A stretch of 64,000 nucleotides of DNA. Source: Candidatus Uhrbacteria bacterium CG_4_9_14_3_um_filter_41_35 (GTDB lineage Bacteria > Patescibacteriota > Patescibacteriia > UBA9934). The translations under genes were made by a program, and so were the position numbers. Each line of letters starts with the position of its first letter. The stretch's first letter is position 1. The notes beneath the pieces were generated by a model. That model did no database searches, was not told where the DNA came from, and was given only the letters and a program-made list of their open reading frames with translations. This document shows positions 48,865 through 58,528 of the stretch, piece by piece. The DNA lies in contig PFWT01000009.1 in assembly GCA_002791275.1 (NCBI GenBank), positions 8,797 to 72,796 on the forward strand. Direction: 5' to 3'.

Positions 48865-49631
48865 ATTTTGAATGATTTAAGATTATTAGTGGCGATAAAA
48901 CCCGGGTTCAGCAGATCCTCTTTATTATAACTCAGAGGTTTATTTTCAAGGTCATTAATGTACCCACCAGCTGCTTCTAGCACTGCGTGCGCAGCCGCCG
49001 TATCCCATTCCATACAAGATGGCCTGAGTCTAGGATAGATATCGGCTGTACCTTCAGCAATGGCGAGAATCTTGAGCGAACTCCCAATATTTTTAATATC
49101 TGGGTTTCTAAACTGTTCAATAAATCGGGCAGTTGCGTCGTCCAAATGATTTTTTGAAGCCACGACTCTGAGGGGCTCCGCGGTTTCTGAAACGTGAATC
49201 TGTTTTTGCACACCAGCCTCTTTGATAAATGCTCCTCCACCGACCGAGCCCCAATATAATTTTTGGGTGGCTGGCACGTAAACTACACCAAGCACAGGTG
49301 TATCATTTTCAATGAGGGCGATGTTAACTGTAAAGTCAGGTTCGCGGCGAACAAAAGATTTGGTGCCGTCAAGCGGATCAACGAGCCAATATTTTGTGAA
49401 AGATTGGCGGCCACTAAACGGTATTTGTATATTTTCTTCGGAAAGAACAGGTAGTCCGGTTGATTCTAAAACGGAATTGATAATATCGTTTGCGGTTTTG
49501 TCAGCCTTGGTGACTGGTGAATCGTCAGCCTTGTATTCGGTAGCGAAGTCCTCGGATACAAAAACATCCATAATGGCCAGTCCAGCTTTAATAGCTACCT
49601 CTTTGGCAATACTTAGTAATTCAGAATTCAT
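48861..49631 (-). CDS. cysQ: 3'(2'),5'-bisphosphate nucleotidase (CysQ, inositol monophosphatase family)
   Basis: WLVDPLDGT metal-binding motif. Lies directly downstream of cysNDC. Confidence 0.75.
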   Translation of the reverse strand: MNSELLSIAKEVAIKAGLAIMDVFVSEDFATEYKADDSPVTKADKTANDIINSVLESTGLPVLSEENIQIPFSGRQSFTKYWLVDPLDGTKSFVRREPDFTVNIALIENDTPVLGVVYVPATQKLYWGSVGGGAFIKEAGVQKQIHVSETAEPLRVVASKNHLDDATARFIEQFRNPDIKNIGSSLKILAIAEGTADIYPRLRPSCMEWDTAAAHAVLEAAGGYINDLENKPLSYNKEDLLNPGFIATNNLKSFKI

Positions 49632-49632
49632 A

Positions 49633-50883
49633 TTAAATTATCATACCAGACGCCACGGTTTCGTTAGTGGCTTCGTCGATCAGAATTATACTGCCTGTTT
49701 GTCTGTTGCGCCTGTAACTATCGCAAAAAATCGGTTGAGCGGTGCGTAGTTTGACGCGAGCGATATCGTTCATTTGAATATTTTTATCCAATTTTTTACG
49801 TGAAAGCGTGTTCACGTCTACCTTGTAAATAACCTCTTTAATAATCGCCTTTACCTCGTTTGTGGTGTGGCGGAGGTAATATTTCGCTCGGTCTTTTGGC
49901 GGGGTGCCAGAGAGCCAGCATAACATTAAATCAACATCCTGCGTAACCGTAGGTTGATTGTTAACGCGCGCTAGCATATTGCCCCGGCTAATATCCACGT
50001 CATCAGCTAAAGTAATCGTGACTGAATCGCCAGCTTCGGCGCTCTCCAATTTTTCAGTATAACTCTCGATTGTTTCGATTGTGGTTGAAAGACCAGAAGG
50101 CAAAACAATAATTTCTTCGCCTGGTTTCAAAATACCACCAGCTACTTTACCCGTATAACCGCGGTAATCATGAAACTCATCCGTGTGCGGCCTGATAACG
50201 CTCTGAACAGGGAAGCGGGCGTCGATTTTGTTAAGGTCAGAACCAATGTGAATAGTTTCAAGCAGATAAAGGAGAGTTGACCCCTCGTACCAAGGCATAG
50301 CGCTCGAACGATCTACAACGTTATCGCCGTGCAGAGCAGAAACTGGAATAAATTGTACGTCAGTCACTTCGAGTTTATGCGAAAAAGCTTTAAACTCATC
50401 GACAATATTTTGAAAAACAGATTCGCTGTAATCCACTAAATCCATTTTGTTTACACAGATAATAATGTGCGGGATCTGCAATAGACTGGCAATAAAAGCG
50501 TGGCGCTTGGTTTGCTCAACAATCCCGTGACGCGCATCCACCAGAATAAGCGCCAAGTTAGCGGTTGAAGCCCCGGTGACCATATTGCGTGTGTATTCAA
50601 TATGGCCTGGAGTATCGGCGATGATAAATTTGCGCTTTTTAGTTTTGAAATAACGGTAAGCAACGTCAATAGTAATACCTTGCTCACGTTCACTTTTTAA
50701 GCCGTCAGTGAGAAGTGCGAGCTCAACACGATCAAGACCACGCTGTTTGCTCGAGAACTCAATCGCGTCGAGCTGATCCTGATAAATTGATTTTGTATCA
50801 TAAAGCAGGCGACCAATCAGGGTACTCTTGCCATCGTCTACACTACCTGCGGTGGTGAATCTTAAGAGATCAATATTTTTCAT
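49633..50883 (-). CDS. cysN: Sulfate adenylyltransferase subunit 1 (CysN GTPase)
   Basis: G1 motif GSVDDGKSTLIGRLL, the DTPGH motif (IIADTPGHIEY) and the NKMD motif (ICVNKMDL). Start set at MKNIDLL; the longer ORF overlaps cysD. Confidence 0.85.
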   Translation of the reverse strand: MKNIDLLRFTTAGSVDDGKSTLIGRLLYDTKSIYQDQLDAIEFSSKQRGLDRVELALLTDGLKSEREQGITIDVAYRYFKTKKRKFIIADTPGHIEYTRNMVTGASTANLALILVDARHGIVEQTKRHAFIASLLQIPHIIICVNKMDLVDYSESVFQNIVDEFKAFSHKLEVTDVQFIPVSALHGDNVVDRSSAMPWYEGSTLLYLLETIHIGSDLNKIDARFPVQSVIRPHTDEFHDYRGYTGKVAGGILKPGEEIIVLPSGLSTTIETIESYTEKLESAEAGDSVTITLADDVDISRGNMLARVNNQPTVTQDVDLMLCWLSGTPPKDRAKYYLRHTTNEVKAIIKEVIYKVDVNTLSRKKLDKNIQMNDIARVKLRTAQPIFCDSYRRNRQTGSIILIDEATNETVASGMII

Positions 50884-50884
50884 A

Positions 50885-51832
50885 CTAAAAATAACCAGAT
50901 TTTTTCCTATCTTCCATTGCAGTTTCGGTGCGTTTGTCGTCTGATCGTGTGCCACGTTCTGAGGTTAGACTGCCGGCGATTTCAAGGATCACCTCGTCCA
51001 CTGTGGTTGCACTTGAAATCATAGCTCCGGTGCAGGTAATGTCGCCAATGGTTCGAAAACGGACGGTCATTATTTTTGACTGTTCGTTGTCTTTCATCTG
51101 AATTAAACCGGCGTCGGCGAGTAATTGACCGTCGCGCTCAAAAACTTTTCGCTCATGACTGAAATATAATCCTGGCAAGTTAATATTTTCAGCTTTAATA
51201 TAATTCCAAACGTCTTCCTCAGTCCAATTACTGATCGGAAACGCCCGAAAATGTTCGCCAGGTTGTTTGTGACCGTTTAATAAATTCCAAAGTTCCGGCC
51301 GTTGATTTTTCGGGTTCCACTCACCGAACTCGTTCCGATGTGAAAAAATCCGTTCTTTGGCCCGCGCCTTTTCCTCGTCGCGCCGAGCCCCACCAATTGC
51401 GCAGTCGAATTGGTTTTTTTCTAAAACATCGAGCAAGGTTGTGGTCTGTAACTTATTCCGACTGGCGTAAAAGCCTAATTCCTCTTGTACACGTCCATTT
51501 TTTATCGACTCTTCAACCGAACCGATGATTAGTGTAGTACCGAGCTCGGCATTTAGTGCATCGCGAAAAGCTATCGTTTCTGGAAAATTATGACCAGTAT
51601 CGATGTGGAGTAGGGGGAAGGGGATCTTACCTGGATAAAAAGCTTTTTTAGCCAAGTGCACCAAGGTGATTGAGTCTTTACCGCCTGAAAATAACAAAAC
51701 TGGCCGCTCAAATTGAGCAACTATTTCTCGAAATATATAAATAGAGTCTGACTCTAATTCTTTGAGGTAGGTATCCACATTTTCAGTTACAAAATCCTCG
51801 GCAGAATATAGCCAAGAATTATTTCTAAACAT
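50885..51832 (-). CDS. cysD: Sulfate adenylyltransferase subunit 2 (CysD)
   Basis: PAPS-reductase-fold PP-loop LLFSGGKDS and the CysD-like region YLKELESDSIYIFREIV. Confidence 0.85.
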   Translation of the reverse strand: MFRNNSWLYSAEDFVTENVDTYLKELESDSIYIFREIVAQFERPVLLFSGGKDSITLVHLAKKAFYPGKIPFPLLHIDTGHNFPETIAFRDALNAELGTTLIIGSVEESIKNGRVQEELGFYASRNKLQTTTLLDVLEKNQFDCAIGGARRDEEKARAKERIFSHRNEFGEWNPKNQRPELWNLLNGHKQPGEHFRAFPISNWTEEDVWNYIKAENINLPGLYFSHERKVFERDGQLLADAGLIQMKDNEQSKIMTVRFRTIGDITCTGAMISSATTVDEVILEIAGSLTSERGTRSDDKRTETAMEDRKKSGYF

Positions 51833-52311
51833 TCCTCCTCTGACTGCTCACTCGTGTTTACGATTATATCAGGATTTTGCGGTTTTTCGTAGGGTGATGT
51901 GATTCCGGTAAAATTCTCAATCTCACCATTTCGAGATCTTTTGTAGAGACCTTTGATATCGCGCGCCTCGCAAACTTCGAGCGGGCAATCAACATGAACT
52001 TCTATAAAACGATCCGCTCCCACGGTTGCTCTGATGTTTTGCCTAGCTTGTTCAAACGGAGCGATGAATGAGGCGATCACGGTTTGACCCGAATCCGCTA
52101 AAATCTTGGCAACCGCACCCGCCCGACGTAAATTCTCAGTTCTGTCAATTTCAGAAAAATTTAAATCGCTACACAGATGTTCACGTAGAACATCGCCATC
52201 TAGTTGGTAGGCACTAACTGATCGCTCGCGTAACTCAGTGTGAAGTGCTTTAGCTAAAGTAGATTTTCCAGAGCCAGAAAGTCCGGTTAATAAAATAACG
52301 ACACTGTTCAT
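51787..52311 (-). CDS. cysC: Adenylyl-sulfate kinase (APS kinase)
   Basis: P-loop LTGLSGSGKSTLA, and 174 aa typical of CysC. Confidence 0.85.
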   Translation of the reverse strand: MNSVVILLTGLSGSGKSTLAKALHTELRERSVSAYQLDGDVLREHLCSDLNFSEIDRTENLRRAGAVAKILADSGQTVIASFIAPFEQARQNIRATVGADRFIEVHVDCPLEVCEARDIKGLYKRSRNGEIENFTGITSPYEKPQNPDIIVNTSEQSEEECLEIILGYILPRIL

Positions 52312-52312
52312 A

Positions 52313-53239
52313 TTAAACTTTCCAGTGAGTAAGATCTCGATTTAACAGTTGTTCAATAAATTCGGTGTCTTCAAGAAATTTTGGCAATATTTCCTTTCGT
52401 AAATCTTGACTAAGCGGTTCGTATTTCACTACTACTGGATGCAACCTGAAAACATCAAAAATCAATTTTTTAGCTTTGAATATAGGTCGTTTTAAAGAAA
52501 GGGGTAAGTTATAAAAAATATGATTATTTGAAAAAAGAGCGCTAATTCTTGTGATTATTTTCGATCTTGGAATTGTATGCGGATTAAAATTTATATCTCC
52601 TTTTTTTACTGTAAAATTTGGATCAATATCTAAAAACTCAAAAACACGCTTCAACTCTCGTTCCTGATTAGTCTTAAAATCATCAAACAAAATAAATATA
52701 AATTGCTCTCGATTAAAAAGTTCAAATAACTCTAAAATTCGCGCTTTATAGTGACTGCTTTTTGCAAAATAGTTAAATCGTGGATGATTTTTTTTATATA
52801 AATCCTCAAAACTATTAATAGTTTTGTGTGCAATATTAACCTTAACCTCTTGTTGATAATGGGAATAAAGTCGATCTACAGGATCTCGAAGCATTACAAT
52901 GAAACGAGCATCACTAAAATACTCCTTTAATAATTTGTGTGATGACTTTTCAAAAAAATATGAAACCGAGGCATCACCGATCGCTTTCTCGGTTGCAACC
53001 TCACGATAACACGTTTCATACCATTTCCAGCCTCGGTAAAACGAACCACAATAATGATTTTTATCCGTAATTTTTTTAAATCCATTTAAAGCCAGATAAG
53101 ATTCCGCCTCACAAGCTAATAGAAAGTTCAGTTCTTTATCTTTTGGAATAAAGGCCTCCGGGTGTTGCATAAGGATTTGCGCTAGTGCGGTTGTCCCTGC
53201 TTTAGCAGCACCGAGAATGAAAAAATTAGGTTTGACCAT
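52313..53239 (-). CDS. PAPS-dependent sulfotransferase
   Basis: 5'-PSB motif FFILGAAKAGTTAL and 3'-PB motif VMLRDPVDRLYSHY. First gene of the minus-strand operon, immediately upstream of cysC. Confidence 0.75.
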   Translation of the reverse strand: MVKPNFFILGAAKAGTTALAQILMQHPEAFIPKDKELNFLLACEAESYLALNGFKKITDKNHYCGSFYRGWKWYETCYREVATEKAIGDASVSYFFEKSSHKLLKEYFSDARFIVMLRDPVDRLYSHYQQEVKVNIAHKTINSFEDLYKKNHPRFNYFAKSSHYKARILELFELFNREQFIFILFDDFKTNQERELKRVFEFLDIDPNFTVKKGDINFNPHTIPRSKIITRISALFSNNHIFYNLPLSLKRPIFKAKKLIFDVFRLHPVVVKYEPLSQDLRKEILPKFLEDTEFIEQLLNRDLTHWKV

Positions 53240-53351
53240 ATTTAACGATTACGCTCCTATACTATCATTACCGTGCAAATATATGAAATATTAGTTTTGT
53301 TCTACAAATAGTTGTATGCTAAAATGACTTTAAAATTATTAATCTTGAAAT

Positions 53352-54281
53352 ATGCAAGAACTTGTTGAAAAAAGGGCTGAATTAAGAAAGGCGTTTGATC
53401 GTGTAATGCCAGATATTCAAGAATTTAACAATGTTTACGTCGGGGCTGGAGTAATGAAATTACTCAAAAAGATTTTGAAGTACAAAATGAAGTACGTGCG
53501 TTATTTACTGGCGCGGTTTGGGATTTACCGAAGCGATGTAAAAGTTGAGTTATTCTGGGGGCCAACAATTAAACTACCGATCCACGACGCTGAAGTAATG
53601 CCAGTGTTTATTTTAAAAGCTTTACCTTCGAGTGAATATAAATTAACGCGATATTTAATCAATTCACTACAACCAAATGACGTTTTTTACGACGTTGGAG
53701 CCAATTATGGTTTGTATAGTGGTTTAGCTGGTGAAATCATTAGTAGTGGTGAAATCCACGCGTTTGAACCTAATCCGGAGATCTTTAAATATTTAATTGG
53801 TGGTCTTGGCTCAAAATATAAGAAAATCAGTTGTGTAAAAAAAGCCTTATCAAATCAGGTTGATAAACTCACTTTTTACGTTAAACGAAACTCAAGCGGT
53901 GGAAGTACTTTAAACGGTGAGGTGGCCTCTACGCTGAAGAGTAATTTTGATGCGATCAATGTACCATGTATCACACTCGATTCATACATCAAAAATCACC
54001 GTTTGCCAACCTTTATGAAGTTAGACGTTGAAGGGGCTGAGCATTTCGTGATTGAAGGCGCAACTGAGTTATTTAAACGAACAAAACCAGTAATTTCACT
54101 TGAAGTTTGGGGGGCTGAAACTGGTGACCGTTTTTCAAGAAAAGCCTCTGAAATGCTCATCAAACTTGGCTACGCACCACATAGAATTAACGATAATGGG
54201 GAACTGAATGAAATTGAAAGTATTGATTCAATGAATTTAGCTAGTAACGAGGTTGAAAATGTTATTTTCAAAGCAAAATAA
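53352..54281 (+). CDS. FkbM-family SAM-dependent methyltransferase
   Basis: Methyltransf_21 motif FYDVGANYGLYS and downstream conserved acidic residues. Confidence 0.7.
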   Translation: MQELVEKRAELRKAFDRVMPDIQEFNNVYVGAGVMKLLKKILKYKMKYVRYLLARFGIYRSDVKVELFWGPTIKLPIHDAEVMPVFILKALPSSEYKLTRYLINSLQPNDVFYDVGANYGLYSGLAGEIISSGEIHAFEPNPEIFKYLIGGLGSKYKKISCVKKALSNQVDKLTFYVKRNSSGGSTLNGEVASTLKSNFDAINVPCITLDSYIKNHRLPTFMKLDVEGAEHFVIEGATELFKRTKPVISLEVWGAETGDRFSRKASEMLIKLGYAPHRINDNGELNEIESIDSMNLASNEVENVIFKAK

Positions 54282-55413
54282 GTCTAACTCCAAACAAACC
54301 TCCTTTATGAAAGTTGCTGTAAATTTATTACCGTATTCTAGTTATCAAGGGATCGAAACCTACACTCGAAATCTCATCAACGAGATGATCAAAATCGATG
54401 GTGTTGAACTTATCCTAATCAAACATCAGGAAACACCGGACTTTTTTGATTTTGGAGATAAGGTGACAGAAGTTATTGTCCCTTTTAAAAAAGTTTTAAA
54501 AGCTGGTGTTGCAATTTATTTGCAAACAGGAATTTATTTTCTACTGCTGAAGTTAAAACCAGATGTTTTGCTTTCCACATCGCCAGCCTCGCCGTATTTC
54601 TACTCGAAGAATGTGATTACTTTTCACGACTGTGCCTACGATAGATTTAGGGAGTTTGCAAATATTTTTTCAAAATATTATTTCAAATCAATGTATATTG
54701 CGGCGAAATATTTTGCCAGAAAAATTATTACAATTTCGGAATTTTCAAAACGTGAGCTAATCGATGTTTACAAAATCAAGCCGTCAAAAATCGCGGTAGT
54801 TCTCGAAGGCCCACCAGCCCTGCCTAAGGTTACAATAACGGCAGTTGATGAGGTAAAACAAGATTTCAATATTCACGGAAAATATTTCTTTTATGTTGGA
54901 AATTCCCGGCCACGTAAAAATCTGAAGAGATTAATAGAAGCTTTTGGGGCCTTTCAGAAAGAAAATAGTAGTTACAAACTTATAATTGCTGGCAAGATCG
55001 ATAATCGCTTCGAAGATATTGACGGAATAATTGCAAAATTTCAGCTGGCGGACTCTGTGGTGCGGACAGGTTTTGTGACGGACGAACAAAAAGTGGCCCT
55101 GCTAAAAGGAGCAGTAGCGCTTGTGTTTCCAAGCTTGTACGAAGGTTTTGGCTTACCAGTGCTTGAAGCGCAAACCTTGGGAGTCCCGGTCATCACCTCG
55201 CACACCTCTTCACTACCCGAAGTTGGTGGAAACTCGGTTTATTACGTGGATCCTTACAGTGAAAAAAGTATTACGGAGGCATTAAGTGTTTTGGTAGCCG
55301 ATAAAGAGCTTTGTAGCAGACTGGTTGAAAAAGGGTTTGAAAATATAAAAAGTTTTTCTTGGAAACAGACAGCTTTTCAGACTTTAGCTGTTCTTGAAAA
55401 ATCAGAAAAATAA
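54253..55413 (+). CDS. GT4 (GT1-superfamily) glycosyltransferase
   Basis: C-terminal EX7E region EGFGLPVLEAQTLGVPVITS. Confidence 0.8.
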   Translation: MKMLFSKQNKSNSKQTSFMKVAVNLLPYSSYQGIETYTRNLINEMIKIDGVELILIKHQETPDFFDFGDKVTEVIVPFKKVLKAGVAIYLQTGIYFLLLKLKPDVLLSTSPASPYFYSKNVITFHDCAYDRFREFANIFSKYYFKSMYIAAKYFARKIITISEFSKRELIDVYKIKPSKIAVVLEGPPALPKVTITAVDEVKQDFNIHGKYFFYVGNSRPRKNLKRLIEAFGAFQKENSSYKLIIAGKIDNRFEDIDGIIAKFQLADSVVRTGFVTDEQKVALLKGAVALVFPSLYEGFGLPVLEAQTLGVPVITSHTSSLPEVGGNSVYYVDPYSEKSITEALSVLVADKELCSRLVEKGFENIKSFSWKQTAFQTLAVLEKSEK

Positions 55414-55479
55414 CTTGGTCTCAACATTCTAGTGCAATTTAGTGATAGGATCACTGAGTATGCAAAATAGTCAATATAA

Positions 55480-55799
55480 ACGGCTTTCAATAGAGGATCG
55501 GGAAGAAAATGAGTCAGCACAAGTAATTTGTTATCTCAACTGGTATGACGGCATATTTTGCACACCCTGCTAGCCCTTGGGAGCGGGGAACGAAAGACTT
55601 TAACCTACGACCAAGGAAAAGAAACGAAAATACTAACGGACTTATCCGTCAGTATTTTCCAAAAGGTACAGAATTCGATAAGGTGTCTACACGGGAACTC
55701 AAACGCGTCTAGTGCGAACTAAACGACCGTCCAAGAGCAGTTCTTGAATATTACAAACCAGATGAAGTATTTAATAATTTAGTTGCACTAAAAGTTTGA
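55480..55799 (+). pseudogene. Degraded C-terminal remnant of an IS30-family transposase
   Basis: Frame reading [13 protein letters not shown]...[21 protein letters not shown]...(TAG)...ELNDRPRAVLEYYKPDEVF matches the IS30 transposase C-terminus. It is interrupted by an in-frame stop and an upstream frameshift. No intact N-terminal or DDE region. Confidence 0.6.
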
Positions 55800-56135
55800 G
55801 ACCAAGTTAAATACCTTGGTCTTCCACCAGGCTGGAGATTTTATATAGACAATGAAGGTCATGAAGATGTTTGGTATGACCCCAAGTTGCTGCAAATTCA
55901 TGACTAAATGATTTGAGCAAAACTCAGGGGCTAAGCCTCGCCTAACACGCGATATCCAAAATTTGTTTCGTTTCATTTAAACAAACTTCGGATATCGCGG
56001 ATACGTTGTACGACATATTTTTCAATATTTTTTCTCAAATAGAAATTTTGTTGAAGAATTTAAAAAGGAATGGAATTTTTATTTTTTTATTATAATGAGG
56101 GGGATAAGAGGTTGATTTAGAAAATATCATCGATT

Positions 56136-57218
56136 ATGAAATCTCTACAAATTGTAAAACTGTATGCTCCGGTAATAGGTGGGGTGGAGAAAATTGCTCA
56201 GGATGTTGCTGAAGGACTGGGCTCAGATGTTTTGTGTTGTCGGAAGACAGGTCGGCGTGCAGTTGAGGGAATAAATGGTGTGAAAGTTATCCGTACAGCG
56301 AGTTTTGGGATGTATTTTGCTATGCCAGTTTCTTTTGATTTTCTACGAGTTTGGCGGAAGATTAAAAATAACTATGCTGTTATTGATTTGCACGCACCTT
56401 TTCCGCTAGCTGATTTAGCTTTATTTATTTTTCAGCCAAAAGGTAAATTGATTGTGCACTATCATTCAGACATCGTGCGTCAAAAATTGCTCAGTTTGTT
56501 ACTTAAGCCAATTTTGCTCTCAACCTTACGCCGAGCCGATAAAATCCTTGTTTCCAGCCCAAATTTGAAAAGCAGTTCGTTTGTTTTACAAAAATTTCAG
56601 AACAAAGTTGAGGTTGTACCTTTTGGATTAGATATAAACCAGTACGATAAATTTAACGCTGATTTTGTAACCGAACTGAAAAATAAATATGGAAAATTTG
56701 CGCTGTACATTGGTCGCTTTGGTTACTACAAGGGGCTAGATTATTTAGTAAGGGCAATGCAGAGGGTTGATTATAAATTAATAATGATTGGTGACGGTAA
56801 AGAACGGTTCAAGATTGAAAAACTGATTGTGAATTTGGGACTTACCGAGAAAATAATTTTGTTACCGTTTCAAACAGCTGAAAAATTACGCGACTATTTC
56901 CACGCCTCTTCGGTATTTGTACTACCGTCAATCTATCGAAGTGAGGCTTTTGGTATAGTTTTAATGGAAGCATTAGCTTGTGGAACTCCGCTAGTTTCGA
57001 CGGAGCTCGAAACAGGCACCTCTTTTGTTAATGAGCATAAAAAAACCGGCCTTGTTGTAAAAAAAGCAGATGCATTTGAATTAGGTGAGGCGATAAATAC
57101 CATATTATCAGACGATTTTCTGCAAGCTGAATACTCAAAACATGCACTAGAACGAGCAAAAAAAGTTTTTGACATAGAAATAATGCTTGATAAAATCCGA
57201 GAAAGTTATAAGATATAA
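56136..57218 (+). CDS. GT4 (GT1-superfamily) glycosyltransferase
   Basis: EAFGIVLMEALACGTPLVST. Confidence 0.8.
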   Translation: MKSLQIVKLYAPVIGGVEKIAQDVAEGLGSDVLCCRKTGRRAVEGINGVKVIRTASFGMYFAMPVSFDFLRVWRKIKNNYAVIDLHAPFPLADLALFIFQPKGKLIVHYHSDIVRQKLLSLLLKPILLSTLRRADKILVSSPNLKSSSFVLQKFQNKVEVVPFGLDINQYDKFNADFVTELKNKYGKFALYIGRFGYYKGLDYLVRAMQRVDYKLIMIGDGKERFKIEKLIVNLGLTEKIILLPFQTAEKLRDYFHASSVFVLPSIYRSEAFGIVLMEALACGTPLVSTELETGTSFVNEHKKTGLVVKKADAFELGEAINTILSDDFLQAEYSKHALERAKKVFDIEIMLDKIRESYKI

Positions 57219-57220
57219 AT

Positions 57221-58495
57221 ATGAAATTTAAAGCCTTGTTACTGCTGCTTGGGGACATTGGGGTTCTTTACGGTTCGCTGGCTTCAACGCTCTATTTAAG
57301 GCACCGCTTGGTGCCTTTTGACGATTATTGGGCGCACCACGTGGTTCCGTTTTCAATCATATTTGTAATTTGGCTAGCAGTATTTTACTTTCACGATCTG
57401 TACTCAGTTGAGGCTTTTCGAATAAATACCAAATTCTTTACAGTGCTCGTGCAGGCGACCATTTTTAATGGACTGATTGCTATTTCTTTTTTCTATTTAA
57501 CTGGCGCTTTCAGCATTACGCCAAAAACTAATTTGGTAATATTCTCAGCTTTCTTTTTCTTGTTGTTTATTGCCTTCAGAGCACTTTCAGCCGACGTTAT
57601 CCGCGGTAAAGAACACTGTAAACGTCTGGCATTTTTAGGTTTATCAGACTTTGAGGAGAATCTTGTTCGGGAGGCGATTTCAGAATCAGTGCTACCAATG
57701 ATCGAAGTTCCATTTAATGATTATTATTTTGACGCCTTGATAGCTGGACAAAAGGCTTACACCGCGGATCAAAAAGATTTGTATGAATCAGTGGTTCGCG
57801 GGCGGGAAGTAACGGATTTAGTTTCATTCCTCGAGGCTATTACAAACAAGATCCCGATTACTTTGGCTAGCACTGACTGGTTTATTAATAAATTTGCTTT
57901 AGTTCAGGATCGTGAATATGTTCTTGTGAAACGGATATTTGATGTGTTTTTGAGTGTCGGTTTTTTGATTTTTTTCGCGCTTCCGATGCTCATAATTAGC
58001 ACAATAATAAAGTTGAGCAGTCATGGACCAGTTCTTTATAAGCAGACTCGTACTGGTAAGAACGGTATTTCGTACGTATTGTACAAATTCAGATCAATGA
58101 CCATAGACGCCGAAATAAATGGCGCGCAGTGGAGTCAGAAAAATGACAATCGAGTAACTAAAATCGGAAAAATATTACGCCACACGCATCTTGATGAGCT
58201 TCCACAACTTTGGAATATTTTAGTAGGTGAGATGTCGTTCGTTGGGCCAAGACCCGAGCGTCCTGAAATGATCAGCTTGTTAAACACCGAAATCCCGTTT
58301 TATTCACTGAGACACCTAGTAAAACCCGGTGTGACAGGTTGGGCGCAAATTAACTATCCTTATGGCGCTAGCGTTGAAGACGCAAAGAACAAATTGGCGT
58401 ATGATTTATACTATGTGAAGCACCGAGCATTTTTTTGGGATATTCGGATTATTGTTAAAACCCTAGCAACTATGGTAAGAGGAGAGGGTCGTTAG
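57221..58495 (+). CDS. Polyprenyl-phosphate sugar phosphotransferase (WbaP/CpsE-like initiating transferase)
   Basis: Bacterial sugar transferase domain (KRIFDVFLSVGFLIFFALPM, GPVLYKQTRTGKNG, LYKFRSM, DELPQLWNILVGEMSFVGPRPERP). Confidence 0.8.
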   Translation: MKFKALLLLLGDIGVLYGSLASTLYLRHRLVPFDDYWAHHVVPFSIIFVIWLAVFYFHDLYSVEAFRINTKFFTVLVQATIFNGLIAISFFYLTGAFSITPKTNLVIFSAFFFLLFIAFRALSADVIRGKEHCKRLAFLGLSDFEENLVREAISESVLPMIEVPFNDYYFDALIAGQKAYTADQKDLYESVVRGREVTDLVSFLEAITNKIPITLASTDWFINKFALVQDREYVLVKRIFDVFLSVGFLIFFALPMLIISTIIKLSSHGPVLYKQTRTGKNGISYVLYKFRSMTIDAEINGAQWSQKNDNRVTKIGKILRHTHLDELPQLWNILVGEMSFVGPRPERPEMISLLNTEIPFYSLRHLVKPGVTGWAQINYPYGASVEDAKNKLAYDLYYVKHRAFFWDIRIIVKTLATMVRGEGR

Positions 58496-58528
58496 GTAAA
58501 AGATATTAATTCGTTTGAATAATTTTAT

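Noticed and set aside
55788-55976. ORF 55788..55976 (-) of 62 aa.
   Set aside because: It lies within the IS30-remnant and inverted-repeat scar. There is no motif or RBS, and it is probably non-coding.
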